Positions 28,961-37,474 of a stretch of DNA of 64,000 nucleotides are shown in pieces. The stretch's first letter is position 1. Every line of letters starts with the position of its first letter. The stretch is from Acidimicrobiia bacterium (GTDB lineage: Bacteria > Actinomycetota > Acidimicrobiia > Spongiisociales > ZC4RG35): assembly GCA_965209025.1 (NCBI GenBank), contig OZ242375.1, positions 258,302 through 322,301 of the forward strand, written 5' to 3'. Position numbers and translations under genes: made by a program. The notes beneath the pieces were generated by a model that saw nothing but the letters and a program-made list of their open reading frames with translations, ran no database searches and was not told where the DNA came from.

Positions 28961-29939
28961 TGGCTCCGTAGTGGGTACTGAGTTTGTTGGCGTCGGTGAT
29001 CAGCAGGGGCAGGTTTGGGTCGGTGCCGACCCGCCCTCCGGTGTTCGCCGTTCGGGTGGCTGCTGCTTGGGTGATCTTGGTCCGGAAGTCTTCAAGGGTG
29101 TTGTCCAACAGTGCAAGGTTCTCTGTTGTTTGGGGGTATTCGTGTTTGTCGGGAGCGATCACCCTTGTTACACCGCCGACTTGCTGCACGTCCCAGAAGT
29201 ACACCATTTCCCAGGCTTCAAGTTGAAGGTTGAAACCCGTGGAGAGAAAGAGGATCCCTTCGACGCCCTCGTATGTGTCGATGACCTGTTCGTCCAGAGG
29301 CGGCCCCAGACGGTACTCAGGACCCAGCGGCCGATCCCAATTCGTAATCACGCTCAGTTGGGGAGGTCCTGTTCCCAGCAGGTACTCGTTTACCCGCACA
29401 TCGGAGAAACAATAGAGATGCTCCCATCCGGCAAAACGCTTTCGGTCAAAATCATCCCAATACGTTGGCAGAGTTAAGAGGAAGATCTGACACCTGGTCG
29501 TGTCTGGCAGTACAGTGCCCCGCAGAACTATATGAACCGACCTAGCAGGATCCCTGTCTCTGTAATTCAAGACTTCGTGGAGTGGGGGAGCGTAAACCTT
29601 TGCTGCTTCTGATATCATTACACCATCATCGGGCTCGATGGAGGGTGGTGTTCCGGCAGCGCAGGGGTCTCGGTTTGTTCCGGCTACCGGGGTGCATGGA
29701 GGAATCGTTTCCTCTAGATATGCAGCGTTCGCTTCCTCTTTTGCGACCCTTGACGGAGTTGCGGTTGTTGTAGGCGCAGCCGTGATGGTTGTGGTTGGCC
29801 GCAACTCTAATGAAGGGTTGTGAGTGGTGGTCGTGACAACAGCATCCGTTGGCGGTGAGTTAGCGGGTGCGGTGCCGCAGGCTTGCGCGATGACCCATAC
29901 CAAACTTGTGACAACTAGCAGGGTTTTGGGGGTGTTCAT
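28767..29939 (-). CDS. Island paralog 4: secreted protein of the same family, about 390 aa
   Basis: Start at ATG 29939 (MNTPKTLLVVTSLVWVIAQAC, with an AXA-type cleavage site), AAGGA 8 nt upstream, 29 nt after the giant gene's stop. About 80% identical to paralog 3. Confidence 0.7.
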   Translation of the reverse strand: MNTPKTLLVVTSLVWVIAQACGTAPANSPPTDAVVTTTTHNPSLELRPTTTITAAPTTTATPSRVAKEEANAAYLEETIPPCTPVAGTNRDPCAAGTPPSIEPDDGVMISEAAKVYAPPLHEVLNYRDRDPARSVHIVLRGTVLPDTTRCQIFLLTLPTYWDDFDRKRFAGWEHLYCFSDVRVNEYLLGTGPPQLSVITNWDRPLGPEYRLGPPLDEQVIDTYEGVEGILFLSTGFNLQLEAWEMVYFWDVQQVGGVTRVIAPDKHEYPQTTENLALLDNTLEDFRTKITQAAATRTANTGGRVGTDPNLPLLITDANKLSTHYGAIGAVYDDPTQTPAKPPPVPGAEDPENPPANTGENETPNGTPPTPGDDQTPPVPGDDDEPPGSEP

Positions 29940-29968
29940 CTTCTTTGTCCTTTCGTTCTCCCCTGGTG

Positions 29969-32900
29969 TTATGGTGTGTTGTCTGATTGGTAGAGTGCTT
30001 TGAGGGCGACGATGTCCATCGGTTGTGGTGCACATATGCGATTCGTTGTAGGGGCGGTGTCAGTTTTCTTTCTCATGATGCTTTCGTTGGGGTTTGTCGT
30101 GGCGTGTCCCAGACCCCAGATGTGACCCGCTTCGTGAGTGGCAACTTCGAGGCGCAGAGAGCAGTTGTTTCCTCCTGCCCATGTGGCATCCGTGGGTCCT
30201 TTCACGAAAAACATGGCGTATTTGGTGTATCCGCTTACATTGGGATCGAACGGCGGTACGACAGCTAATGCTGTGTCCGAGAGTTTCGGGTAGTACACCT
30301 TTACCTGTGTGCTGGTTTGGAGTGAGACTCTTCTGGTGTCTTCTTCAAGGCAGTTGTCGCCGGATTCTTGGGTGATTACGGATGAGCTGATGTTTCGGCC
30401 GTCTGGTGTGGTGAAGCCTTGCATGGCTGTGGTCCATTTGGTGAATCCTTGTTTGATTTCGTTGATCCATGTTTGGGTCATATCTTTTGTGCATATTTTG
30501 TAGGCGTAGTGGAGGGGTGACAGATCGTGACGGTAGGGTATCCCGGCTACGCTAAACCCGCCGCTGGTTGATGGTTCCTCCGCAGTTGTAAAAACGAGAA
30601 TGGTTTCGCTGGACCAGGGCGATTGGTCTGCTGCGTTGCCGGATCGCACTTGGACGGCGTAAAGGCGGCTGATCCGCAGCCCGGTGATCGCATAAGATGT
30701 GCTGGTGATCTTGTCGGATACCGGGGTCCAGGTGCCGCTGCAGGTCGGGGGATCGGCGCACGTTTTGTATCGGACCTTGTAGTACTCGGCGGTGGTGGCC
30801 GGAGCGTCGGTGGTGGACACGGGGTTCCATGTCATCTTGATCTGGGCTTCGTCGGGTCGTAGATGAACGTGTGCGGTTGGGCTGTGTCCGTTGGCGCGTA
30901 GTCCTGTGGGCGTGGGTGGAGCGCCTGTGACTGTCCAGGTGGTGACGGGTTCGGACCATTGGGATTGGTGGTGTTGGTAGCCGGTGGTGGTGTCGTTGGC
31001 GCGGATGTGGATCCGGTAGTTTCGGCCGATGGTGAGGGTGCTGTGGGTTCCGGTGTTTTTGACTATTTTGACCGTGAACACTCCTTGGGAGTCGGGTGCG
31101 ATTTCCAGTTGGTTTGTGCCGGTGCAGTCGTTCCCGGTGCCGTCTCCTACGCAGTAGGCCTGTTGGGTGGTTACCGTGTCGGGGCAGTCGCTGCCTGTTT
31201 CGACGCAGTATGTGATGTCGTAGCCTTGTGCGTGGGCTACTTGGTTCCATTTGATGTTCAACGCGGGGGTTTGTGGGTGGGCCAGGTTGAACCCGTCGGC
31301 GACTACTCCGGTGGGTTTTGCCAGTAGTAGGGATGTTTCGATGGTGTGGGATCCGAGGTTGGTGGTGGTGGTGCTGGTGCGGCTGATCTCGATCCGGTAG
31401 TCAACGGATCCGGTGGTGAGCCCGGGTGGGTTCCATTCGACGAGGTTGCCGTGCACGGTGGAGGTTTGGGAGGCAAGGTCGGTGGTGGTTCCGACGGTTC
31501 CTGCTGTTATTTCTGCCCAGGTGAGGACGAACGGCACGCTTGAGGAGACCTCGAGTTTGATCTTGTCGGGTGTTACGTCTCTAAGGGTGTATCGCTTGGC
31601 GTAGACGGTTTCGGTGGTGCTGGTGCGATGGACGGCCTTGCAGTCGGTGGTCCAGTCGTGTCTGGTGGTTGTTTGTGGCAGGTCCGTGGTGCAGGCGTCT
31701 GTGGAGGGCGGAACAGTGGTCGTAGTAGTAGTGGTGGTGGTGGTCGTAGTGGTGGTGGTGGTGGAGCGGGTGGTTTGTTTGGTGACGGTTCGTTCGCAGG
31801 TGGGCGGGTTGGTGGTTTTGTTCAGGGTGTATTCGGTTGGGCAGGACCAAACGGGATCGATTGTGGTCGGTCGGGTGGTTTGTTTGGTTACGGTCCTTTT
31901 GCAGGTGGGTGGATCGGTGGTTTCGTCCAAGGTGTAGCCGGTTCCGCAGGACCATTGGGTTTCGGTTGTGGTCGGTTGGGTGGTTTCTCGGGTTACTGGG
32001 CGGGAGCAGGTGGGCGAGAGCCCGGATTCGCCTTCCACACCACCTCCGCTGGCTCCTGATTGGGGACCGATGCCTTTTTGGTATCCGGGCGGGCAGGAAT
32101 AGGTTGTTTGGATGGTGGCGTTGCGCGTGGTTTCTCGGGTGATTGTGCGGGAGCAGGTGGGTGAGAGACCCGATTCACCCTCGACGCCGCCGCTGTTGCC
32201 GGTGGGTCCTGTTTGGCCGCCGATGCCTTTTTGGTATCCGGGGGGACAGGAGAAGGTGGTTTGGGTGGTGGCGTTGCGCGTGGTTTCTCGGGTGATTGTG
32301 CGGGAGCACGTGGGCGAGAGCCCGGATTCGCCTTGGGCGCCACCGTCGCCGCTGCTGCCGGTGGGTCCTGTTTGGCTGCCGAGGCCTTTTTGGTATCCGG
32401 GGGGACAGGTCCAGTCTGTCCGTGATGAAGCGTTGCGGGTGGTGTCGCGAGTGATGGTGCGGGAGCAGGTGGGTGAGAGCCCGGATTCGCCTTCCACGCC
32501 GCCGTCGTCGTTGTTGTTTCCGCTGCTGCCGCCGGCTTGTGATTGGCCGCCGAGGCCTTTTTGGTATCCGTCGGGGCAGGTGAAAGTTGTCCGGATTGAA
32601 GCGGTAAGAGTGGTGGAACCCGACCGCCTGTAAGAACAGATGGACTCGTTTCGGCTGCTGTACGAGTAAGTGGCCGGTGCCGACGGGCACGAATACGATG
32701 TGGTGGCGGTGCGGGTGGTGCTGGTCGACCGCGTGTAAGTACAAGTAGTTCCGCTGCGGCTGCTGTACGTATAGGTGGCCGGCGCCGACGGGCACGAATA
32801 CGATGTGGTGGCGGTGCGGGTGGTGCTGGTCGACCGCGTGTAAGTACAAGTAGTTCCGCTGCGGCTGCTGTACGAATAGGTGGAAGGCGCCGACGGGCAG

Positions 32901-34471
32901 GAGTAGAGGGTGGTGGCGGTGCGGGTGGTGCTGGTCGATCGGGTGTAGGTGCAGGTGGTGCCGCTGCGGCTGCTGTACGAATAGGTGGAAGGCGCCGACG
33001 GGCACGAATATGACGTTCGGGCGGTGCGGGTGGTGGAACCCGACCGCGTGTAATAACACGTCGACCCGACCCGATGACTATACGAAAACGTAGAAGGAGC
33101 ACCGGGGCAGTTATACCCCGCAGTGGGGTGTGCCACAGCCCTGCGGGTAGTGGTCGTGGATCGGGTGTACGTACAGGTGGTGCCGTTTCGGCTGCTGTAG
33201 GAGTAGGTAGATGGCGCCGACGGGCACGAATATGAGGTGGTGGCGGTGCGGGTGGTGGAACCCGACCGCGTGTAATAACAGGTGGAACCACTCCTCCTGC
33301 TATAGGTGAAGGTCCCCAACGAACCGGGACACGAATACGACGTGTTAGCGGTGCGGGTAGTGGAACTCGACCGCGTGTACGTACAAGTGGACCCGCTCCG
33401 GCTGCTGTACGAATACGTAGAAGGAGCAGAGGGGCACGAGTAGGAGGTGTTGGCGGTGCGGGTGGTGGACCCCGACCTCGTGTACGTGCAAGTGGACCCG
33501 CTTCGGCTGCTGTACGAGAACGTGGAAGGCGCAGAAGGGCACGAATACGATGTGGTGGCGGTGCGGGTGGTGCTGGTCGACCGGGTGTAAGTGCAGGTTC
33601 TGCCGCTCCTGCTGCTGTAGGTGTAGGTGGCGGGCGCAGCCGGACACGTGTACACCGTCGTCCCGGTGGCGTCGATCGTCTCGGTGTCCTCATACGTGTA
33701 ATGACAGACAGACCCGTCTCGTCGGACGAACGCCAATCCGTCCTCGGTCGGACACGTGTACACCGTCGTTCCGGTGGCGTCGATCGTCTCGGTGTCCTCG
33801 TAGGTGTAGTGACAGACAGACCCGTCTCGTCGGACGAACGTCAGTCCGTCCTCGGTGGGACAGGTGTACACGGTGGTGCCGGTGGCGTCGATCGTTTCGG
33901 TGTCCTCGTAGGTGTAGTGGCAGACAGACCCGTCCCGCCGAACAAATGTCAGGGTGGCTTCGGTCGGACACGAGTAGGTCGTGGTTCCGGTGGCGTCGAT
34001 GGTTTCTGTGTCCTCGTAGGTGTAGTGGCAGACAGACCCGTCTCGTCGGACGAACGTGTACCCCGCAGGCGACGGACACTCCTCAACGGTCGACGAAGTC
34101 GCTGCTGTGCTTTCGACGCTCTCGTAGGTGTAATGACACGTTGACCCGTCCTTCCGGACCAGCGTGTACCCCGCAGGCGACGGGCACACCTCTTCGGTCG
34201 TGCCCGTGTCAGTAGCAGGTACGCTCTCAACCTCCTCGTAGGTGTAATGACACGTCGAACCGTCCCGCCGGACAAACGTCAGCCCCTCCGGCATCGGGCA
34301 GGCACCGTTGGAACCAGCCTCCAAACTGACCCACCCATTGTCCTCCAGTCCCATCCCGCCGACCGCCAACGGCACAACCGACAACAAAGCCCCCAACGCC
34401 ACAACGGCCACCAGTCCCGACCTTCCCCTCCTCGACCTTCCCCCCCTCGCTCTCCGGTAGGGACTGGCCAT
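29969..34471 (-). CDS. Giant secreted multi-repeat protein (1500 aa) with C-terminal metzincin-type zinc metalloprotease domain
   Basis: ATG 34471 is preceded by AGGAGG with a 5-nt spacer. Arg-rich signal peptide. Three families of Cys-containing tandem repeats, a run of about 17 Thr, beta-rich modules, and HEAGHIWGLGH (encoded at 30104-30136, minus strand) followed by a SIM Met-turn. Confidence 0.85.
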   Translation of the reverse strand: MASPYRRARGGRSRRGRSGLVAVVALGALLSVVPLAVGGMGLEDNGWVSLEAGSNGACPMPEGLTFVRRDGSTCHYTYEEVESVPATDTGTTEEVCPSPAGYTLVRKDGSTCHYTYESVESTAATSSTVEECPSPAGYTFVRRDGSVCHYTYEDTETIDATGTTTYSCPTEATLTFVRRDGSVCHYTYEDTETIDATGTTVYTCPTEDGLTFVRRDGSVCHYTYEDTETIDATGTTVYTCPTEDGLAFVRRDGSVCHYTYEDTETIDATGTTVYTCPAAPATYTYSSRSGRTCTYTRSTSTTRTATTSYSCPSAPSTFSYSSRSGSTCTYTRSGSTTRTANTSYSCPSAPSTYSYSSRSGSTCTYTRSSSTTRTANTSYSCPGSLGTFTYSRRSGSTCYYTRSGSTTRTATTSYSCPSAPSTYSYSSRNGTTCTYTRSTTTTRRAVAHPTAGYNCPGAPSTFSYSHRVGSTCYYTRSGSTTRTARTSYSCPSAPSTYSYSSRSGTTCTYTRSTSTTRTATTLYSCPSAPSTYSYSSRSGTTCTYTRSTSTTRTATTSYSCPSAPATYTYSSRSGTTCTYTRSTSTTRTATTSYSCPSAPATYSYSSRNESICSYRRSGSTTLTASIRTTFTCPDGYQKGLGGQSQAGGSSGNNNDDGGVEGESGLSPTCSRTITRDTTRNASSRTDWTCPPGYQKGLGSQTGPTGSSGDGGAQGESGLSPTCSRTITRETTRNATTQTTFSCPPGYQKGIGGQTGPTGNSGGVEGESGLSPTCSRTITRETTRNATIQTTYSCPPGYQKGIGPQSGASGGGVEGESGLSPTCSRPVTRETTQPTTTETQWSCGTGYTLDETTDPPTCKRTVTKQTTRPTTIDPVWSCPTEYTLNKTTNPPTCERTVTKQTTRSTTTTTTTTTTTTTTTTVPPSTDACTTDLPQTTTRHDWTTDCKAVHRTSTTETVYAKRYTLRDVTPDKIKLEVSSSVPFVLTWAEITAGTVGTTTDLASQTSTVHGNLVEWNPPGLTTGSVDYRIEISRTSTTTTNLGSHTIETSLLLAKPTGVVADGFNLAHPQTPALNIKWNQVAHAQGYDITYCVETGSDCPDTVTTQQAYCVGDGTGNDCTGTNQLEIAPDSQGVFTVKIVKNTGTHSTLTIGRNYRIHIRANDTTTGYQHHQSQWSEPVTTWTVTGAPPTPTGLRANGHSPTAHVHLRPDEAQIKMTWNPVSTTDAPATTAEYYKVRYKTCADPPTCSGTWTPVSDKITSTSYAITGLRISRLYAVQVRSGNAADQSPWSSETILVFTTAEEPSTSGGFSVAGIPYRHDLSPLHYAYKICTKDMTQTWINEIKQGFTKWTTAMQGFTTPDGRNISSSVITQESGDNCLEEDTRRVSLQTSTQVKVYYPKLSDTALAVVPPFDPNVSGYTKYAMFFVKGPTDATWAGGNNCSLRLEVATHEAGHIWGLGHATTNPNESIMRKKTDTAPTTNRICAPQPMDIVALKALYQSDNTP
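31990..32600. repeat. Intragenic tandem repeat family C (about 156 nt / 52 aa, 4 copies)
   Basis: Protein unit: CPPGYQKGIGGQTGPTGNSGGVEGESGLSPTCSRTITRETTRNATIQTTYS. DNA copies are more than 90% identical. Confidence 0.75.
32600..33640. repeat. Intragenic tandem repeat family B (about 105 nt / 35 aa, roughly 10 copies)
   Basis: Protein unit: SYSCPSAPSTYSYSSRSGTTCTYTRSTSTTRTATT. Near-identical DNA copies (the ggtggcggtgcgggtggtgctggtcgaccgcgtgtaagtacaagtagttcc block recurs). Confidence 0.8.
33640..34300. repeat. Intragenic tandem repeat family A (about 108 nt / 36 aa, roughly 8 copies)
   Basis: Protein unit: CPTEDGLTFVRRDGSVCHYTYEDTETIDATGTTVYT. Several copies are nucleotide-identical. Confidence 0.8.
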
Positions 34472-34637
34472 AAATGCCTCCTACCACCCACCCTAAACAC
34501 CATCCGCACACTATGCACACAGAGTTTTCATAAAAATCCCAATCATCTTCACTAAAATATCAACAATTCGACCCGATCACTCCCTATATGGCCACCAAGT
34601 GGGAGCGACTCCCGTCCGGGCCCCGAGCGGGGGTGGG
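34472..34637 (-). promoter_or_regulatory. AT-rich putative promoter/leader of the giant gene, with a consensus Shine-Dalgarno
   Basis: Contains gagttttcataaaaatcccaatcatcttcactaaaatatcaacaattcg. This is the most AT-rich stretch in the window. AGGAGG lies 5 nt before the ATG. Confidence 0.4.
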
Positions 34638-35963
34638 TCAGATGTCGTCGGTCTGGCGGTTAATGAAGGCAGAGAAGCGACTCACCTGGTCGGGGGGGAG
34701 CCTGACTACCAAATCCATTCCTTCGGGGCCCTCGCTCGAGGAGAGAACTTCTCCTGTGCGGTGGAGAGCCGCTAACGCATCTCCTCGGGCGTAGGGCACC
34801 CGCACCGAGATGGTCGAGGAGCGGGCGTTCAGCCATTGGGTGAGGGTCTCCATCAGTTTCTCGGTTCCCTCTCCGGTGAGCGCCGACACGGCGACTGCGG
34901 TCTCGGAGGCTCCTAAGAGGCGCCGGACCACTGTGGAAGACGCCTCATCGATCTTGTTCACCACGATGATGGTCGGCACCGAGTCCGCCCCGATCTCGGC
35001 CAGGACCTCCCGGACCGCCTCGATTTGGCCTTCCGGATCGGATTCGGCGGCGTTCACGAGATGGAGTATCAGGTCGGCGTCGCGGACCTCCTCCAGAGTG
35101 GACTGGAAAGCTTCGACCAGGCGGTGGGGGAGTCTCCGCACGAATCCCACGGTGTCGGCCATGAGCATCTCCCGGCCTCCTGGTAGCCGGAGGCGGCGGA
35201 TGGTGGGATCCAGGGTGGTGAACAGGCGGTCTTCGGTGAGCACCCCGGCGCCGGTCAGCTGGTTTAGGAGGGTCGACTTGCCGGCGTTGGTGTAACCGAC
35301 CAGGGCGATGATGGGCACTGCGGCCTGGACGCGGGATTGGCGCCGGGTTTGGTTCTGCCGCCTAAGGGCGGCGAGGTCCTTCTCGAGGGAGGTGATCCTC
35401 TGGCGGATGCGGCGGCGGTCGCTCTCGAGGCGGGTCTCTCCCGGTCCCCGGGTTCCGATCCCTCCCGCCTGCTGGGAAAGCTCCTCGCCCGTGCCGCGAA
35501 GACGGGGCAGCCGGTAGCGCAGCAGCGCAAGTTCCACCTGGAGCGCTCCCTCCCGGGAGTTGGCGTGCTGGGCGAAGATGTCGAGGATCACCGCTTCGCG
35601 GTCCACGACGTCACATTCGAACAGTCCCTGCAGGTTGCGTTGCTGTGCGGGGGTGAGGGCATTGTCGAACACCACCACGTCGATGTCCTCTGCTTTGGTG
35701 ATGTCGGCCACTGACGCTGCCTGGCCCTTGCCGATGAACAGCCCCGGATCGGGAGCGGGCCGGTTGAACACCTCCCGGTCGACCGGCTCGGACCCGGCGG
35801 TGTCGGTCAGCAGAGCCAACTCTTCGAGGGACTGTTCCACCTCGAGAGATGAGTTGCGCCCCAAACGCACTCCCACCAGGAAGGCTCTCTGGCGGGGTAC
35901 CTCGAGGTCTGCAACCGTGGCGGTGAGCCGGCGGCGTTCCCGGCCGAGATGTTGATAAGTCAT
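34638..35963 (-). CDS. hflX: GTPase HflX
   Basis: HflX N-terminal domain plus G-domain GYTNAGKSTLLN, DTVGF, NKID. Confidence 0.9.
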   Translation of the reverse strand: MTYQHLGRERRRLTATVADLEVPRQRAFLVGVRLGRNSSLEVEQSLEELALLTDTAGSEPVDREVFNRPAPDPGLFIGKGQAASVADITKAEDIDVVVFDNALTPAQQRNLQGLFECDVVDREAVILDIFAQHANSREGALQVELALLRYRLPRLRGTGEELSQQAGGIGTRGPGETRLESDRRRIRQRITSLEKDLAALRRQNQTRRQSRVQAAVPIIALVGYTNAGKSTLLNQLTGAGVLTEDRLFTTLDPTIRRLRLPGGREMLMADTVGFVRRLPHRLVEAFQSTLEEVRDADLILHLVNAAESDPEGQIEAVREVLAEIGADSVPTIIVVNKIDEASSTVVRRLLGASETAVAVSALTGEGTEKLMETLTQWLNARSSTISVRVPYARGDALAALHRTGEVLSSSEGPEGMDLVVRLPPDQVSRFSAFINRQTDDI

Positions 35964-35987
35964 TTCTCCGTCCGGAGGGTTGGGAAC

Positions 35988-36293
35988 CTACAGATACTGA
36001 CCCTCGTCGAGAGCCTGCTCGGGCTCTTCCTCGGCGATGATCTGCGATTGGCGGACCGCCACCACCGGCTTTCCGGTGGGCGGCCACAGAAAACGCCAGG
36101 CGCCGGTGGGGACCGCCCAGAAGTGTCGGCCGGTCACCACGTCGATCAGCGACAGCGCGTCGTTCTGGCCGTTGGCGCCGGTTGACACCAGGAGTCCCGA
36201 GCGGGTGGTGGATTCCTGCGGGACGTGGCCCACCCGCCATCCATTGGACACTTTGTATTCGGTCGCTTCGTTCTGATTGGAACCCATGTTCAC
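35988..36293 (-). CDS. Hypothetical protein, 101 aa
   Basis: GC3-rich frame immediately upstream of hflX on the same strand. No recognisable domain. Confidence 0.35.
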   Translation of the reverse strand: MNMGSNQNEATEYKVSNGWRVGHVPQESTTRSGLLVSTGANGQNDALSLIDVVTGRHFWAVPTGAWRFLWPPTGKPVVAVRQSQIIAEEEPEQALDEGQYL

Positions 36294-36340
36294 TTAGTTT
36301 GGCGCGTCAGCGGGGGACTCTGTCTGTTTCGGTCAGCATC

Positions 36341-37366
36341 TCACCCGCCTATGTAGCTCATCTCCACCTTTTGCCCGATCCCCACCGTCTCGCCCGAGCG
36401 TAGCTCCGAGTACTGGTCCACCCGCTCCGACCAGACCGAGCCGATCTGCCGGCGAAGCTCCTCATCGGATGCCCCGGAGCGGACCGCCTCCCGGAGATCG
36501 GTCCCGAACACCGCGAACAGGCAGGTGTAGAGCTTTCCGTCGGCCGAGAGTCTGGCGCGGGTGCAGTCACCGCAGAAAGGCTGGGTCACCGATGCGATCA
36601 CCCCCAACTCTCCCTGACCGTCGGCGTACCGCCAGCGCTTCGCCACCTCGCCCCGGTAGTTGGGGTCGAGTGGCTCGATGGGAAAGACGGCGTTGACGGT
36701 GCTGATGATCTCGTGCGCCGGGGTCACGTCGTCCAGCCTCCAGCCGTTGGTGACGCCGACATCCATGTATTCGATGAAGCGGAGGATGTGGCCGCTCCCC
36801 CGGAAGTGCTCCGCCATCTCCAGGATGGAGTGGTCGTTTACCCCCCTCCGGACCACCATGTTGACCTTGATGGGAGTGAGCCCCGCATCGGCTGCCGCGT
36901 CGATCCCGGCCAGCACGTCGGACACCTTGGCGCCCACGTCGTTCATGGTCGAGAAGACCTCGTCGGAGAGAGAGTCGAGGCTCACCGTCACCCGGTCCAA
37001 TCCGGCCTCGGCCAGCGCTGGCGCCTTTCGGGGAAGCAAGACTCCGTTGGTGGTGAGGGTAAGATCGGCGACGCCGGGCACCTCGGCCAGCATTCTGACC
37101 AGCTTCTCCAGGCCGGCTCTCAGGAGGGGTTCGCCGCCGGTGAGCCGTACCTTCCTCGCGCCCAGGGAGGTGAAGATCCGGGCGAGGCGGGTTATCTCCT
37201 CGAAGCTGAGGAGCGCCGTGCGTTCTAAGAACTTGTAGTCGCGATTGAAGATCTCCTTGGGCATGCAGTACGTGCACCGGAAATTGCACCGGTCGGTGAC
37301 CGAGATGCGCAGGTCCGCCAGGATCCGGCCCAGGCGGTCGAAAGGCTTGACGTCGAGGTTGCTCAC
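36341..37366 (-). CDS. moaA: GTP 3',8-cyclase (molybdenum cofactor biosynthesis protein A)
   Basis: Radical-SAM CNFRCTYC, C-terminal 4Fe-4S Cys cluster (CGDCTRAR) and GG-tail-interacting region. Confidence 0.9.
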   Translation of the reverse strand: MSNLDVKPFDRLGRILADLRISVTDRCNFRCTYCMPKEIFNRDYKFLERTALLSFEEITRLARIFTSLGARKVRLTGGEPLLRAGLEKLVRMLAEVPGVADLTLTTNGVLLPRKAPALAEAGLDRVTVSLDSLSDEVFSTMNDVGAKVSDVLAGIDAAADAGLTPIKVNMVVRRGVNDHSILEMAEHFRGSGHILRFIEYMDVGVTNGWRLDDVTPAHEIISTVNAVFPIEPLDPNYRGEVAKRWRYADGQGELGVIASVTQPFCGDCTRARLSADGKLYTCLFAVFGTDLREAVRSGASDEELRRQIGSVWSERVDQYSELRSGETVGIGQKVEMSYIGG

Positions 37367-37474
37367 TTGGCCATGACCTTAGCAAGGACCGCCCCTCCCC
37401 GATTCGCGGTATTTCCGCCGCTTAGCACCCCGGATCGGCCAGACTAAACCACCAAGCTATCGGTTAGGAGTGCC

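Noticed and set aside
24859-29939. Calling the island paralogs lipoproteins.
   Set aside because: Only paralog 1 has a reasonable lipobox (LIGC). The others have AQA|C or GQS|C, which are equally consistent with signal peptidase I cleavage. They are described as secreted, with lipidation left open.
31990-34300. Regularly spaced direct repeats that could be mistaken for a CRISPR array or a non-coding satellite.
   Set aside because: The repeats are 105-156 nt long, contiguous without unique spacers, and maintain one open reading frame throughout. They are intragenic protein repeats.
37367-37474. Possible molybdenum-cofactor (Moco) riboswitch upstream of moaA.
   Set aside because: The leader is only about 108 nt and is shared with a divergent gene. 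I could not recognise the conserved Moco-motif helices by eye. A covariance-model scan would be needed.
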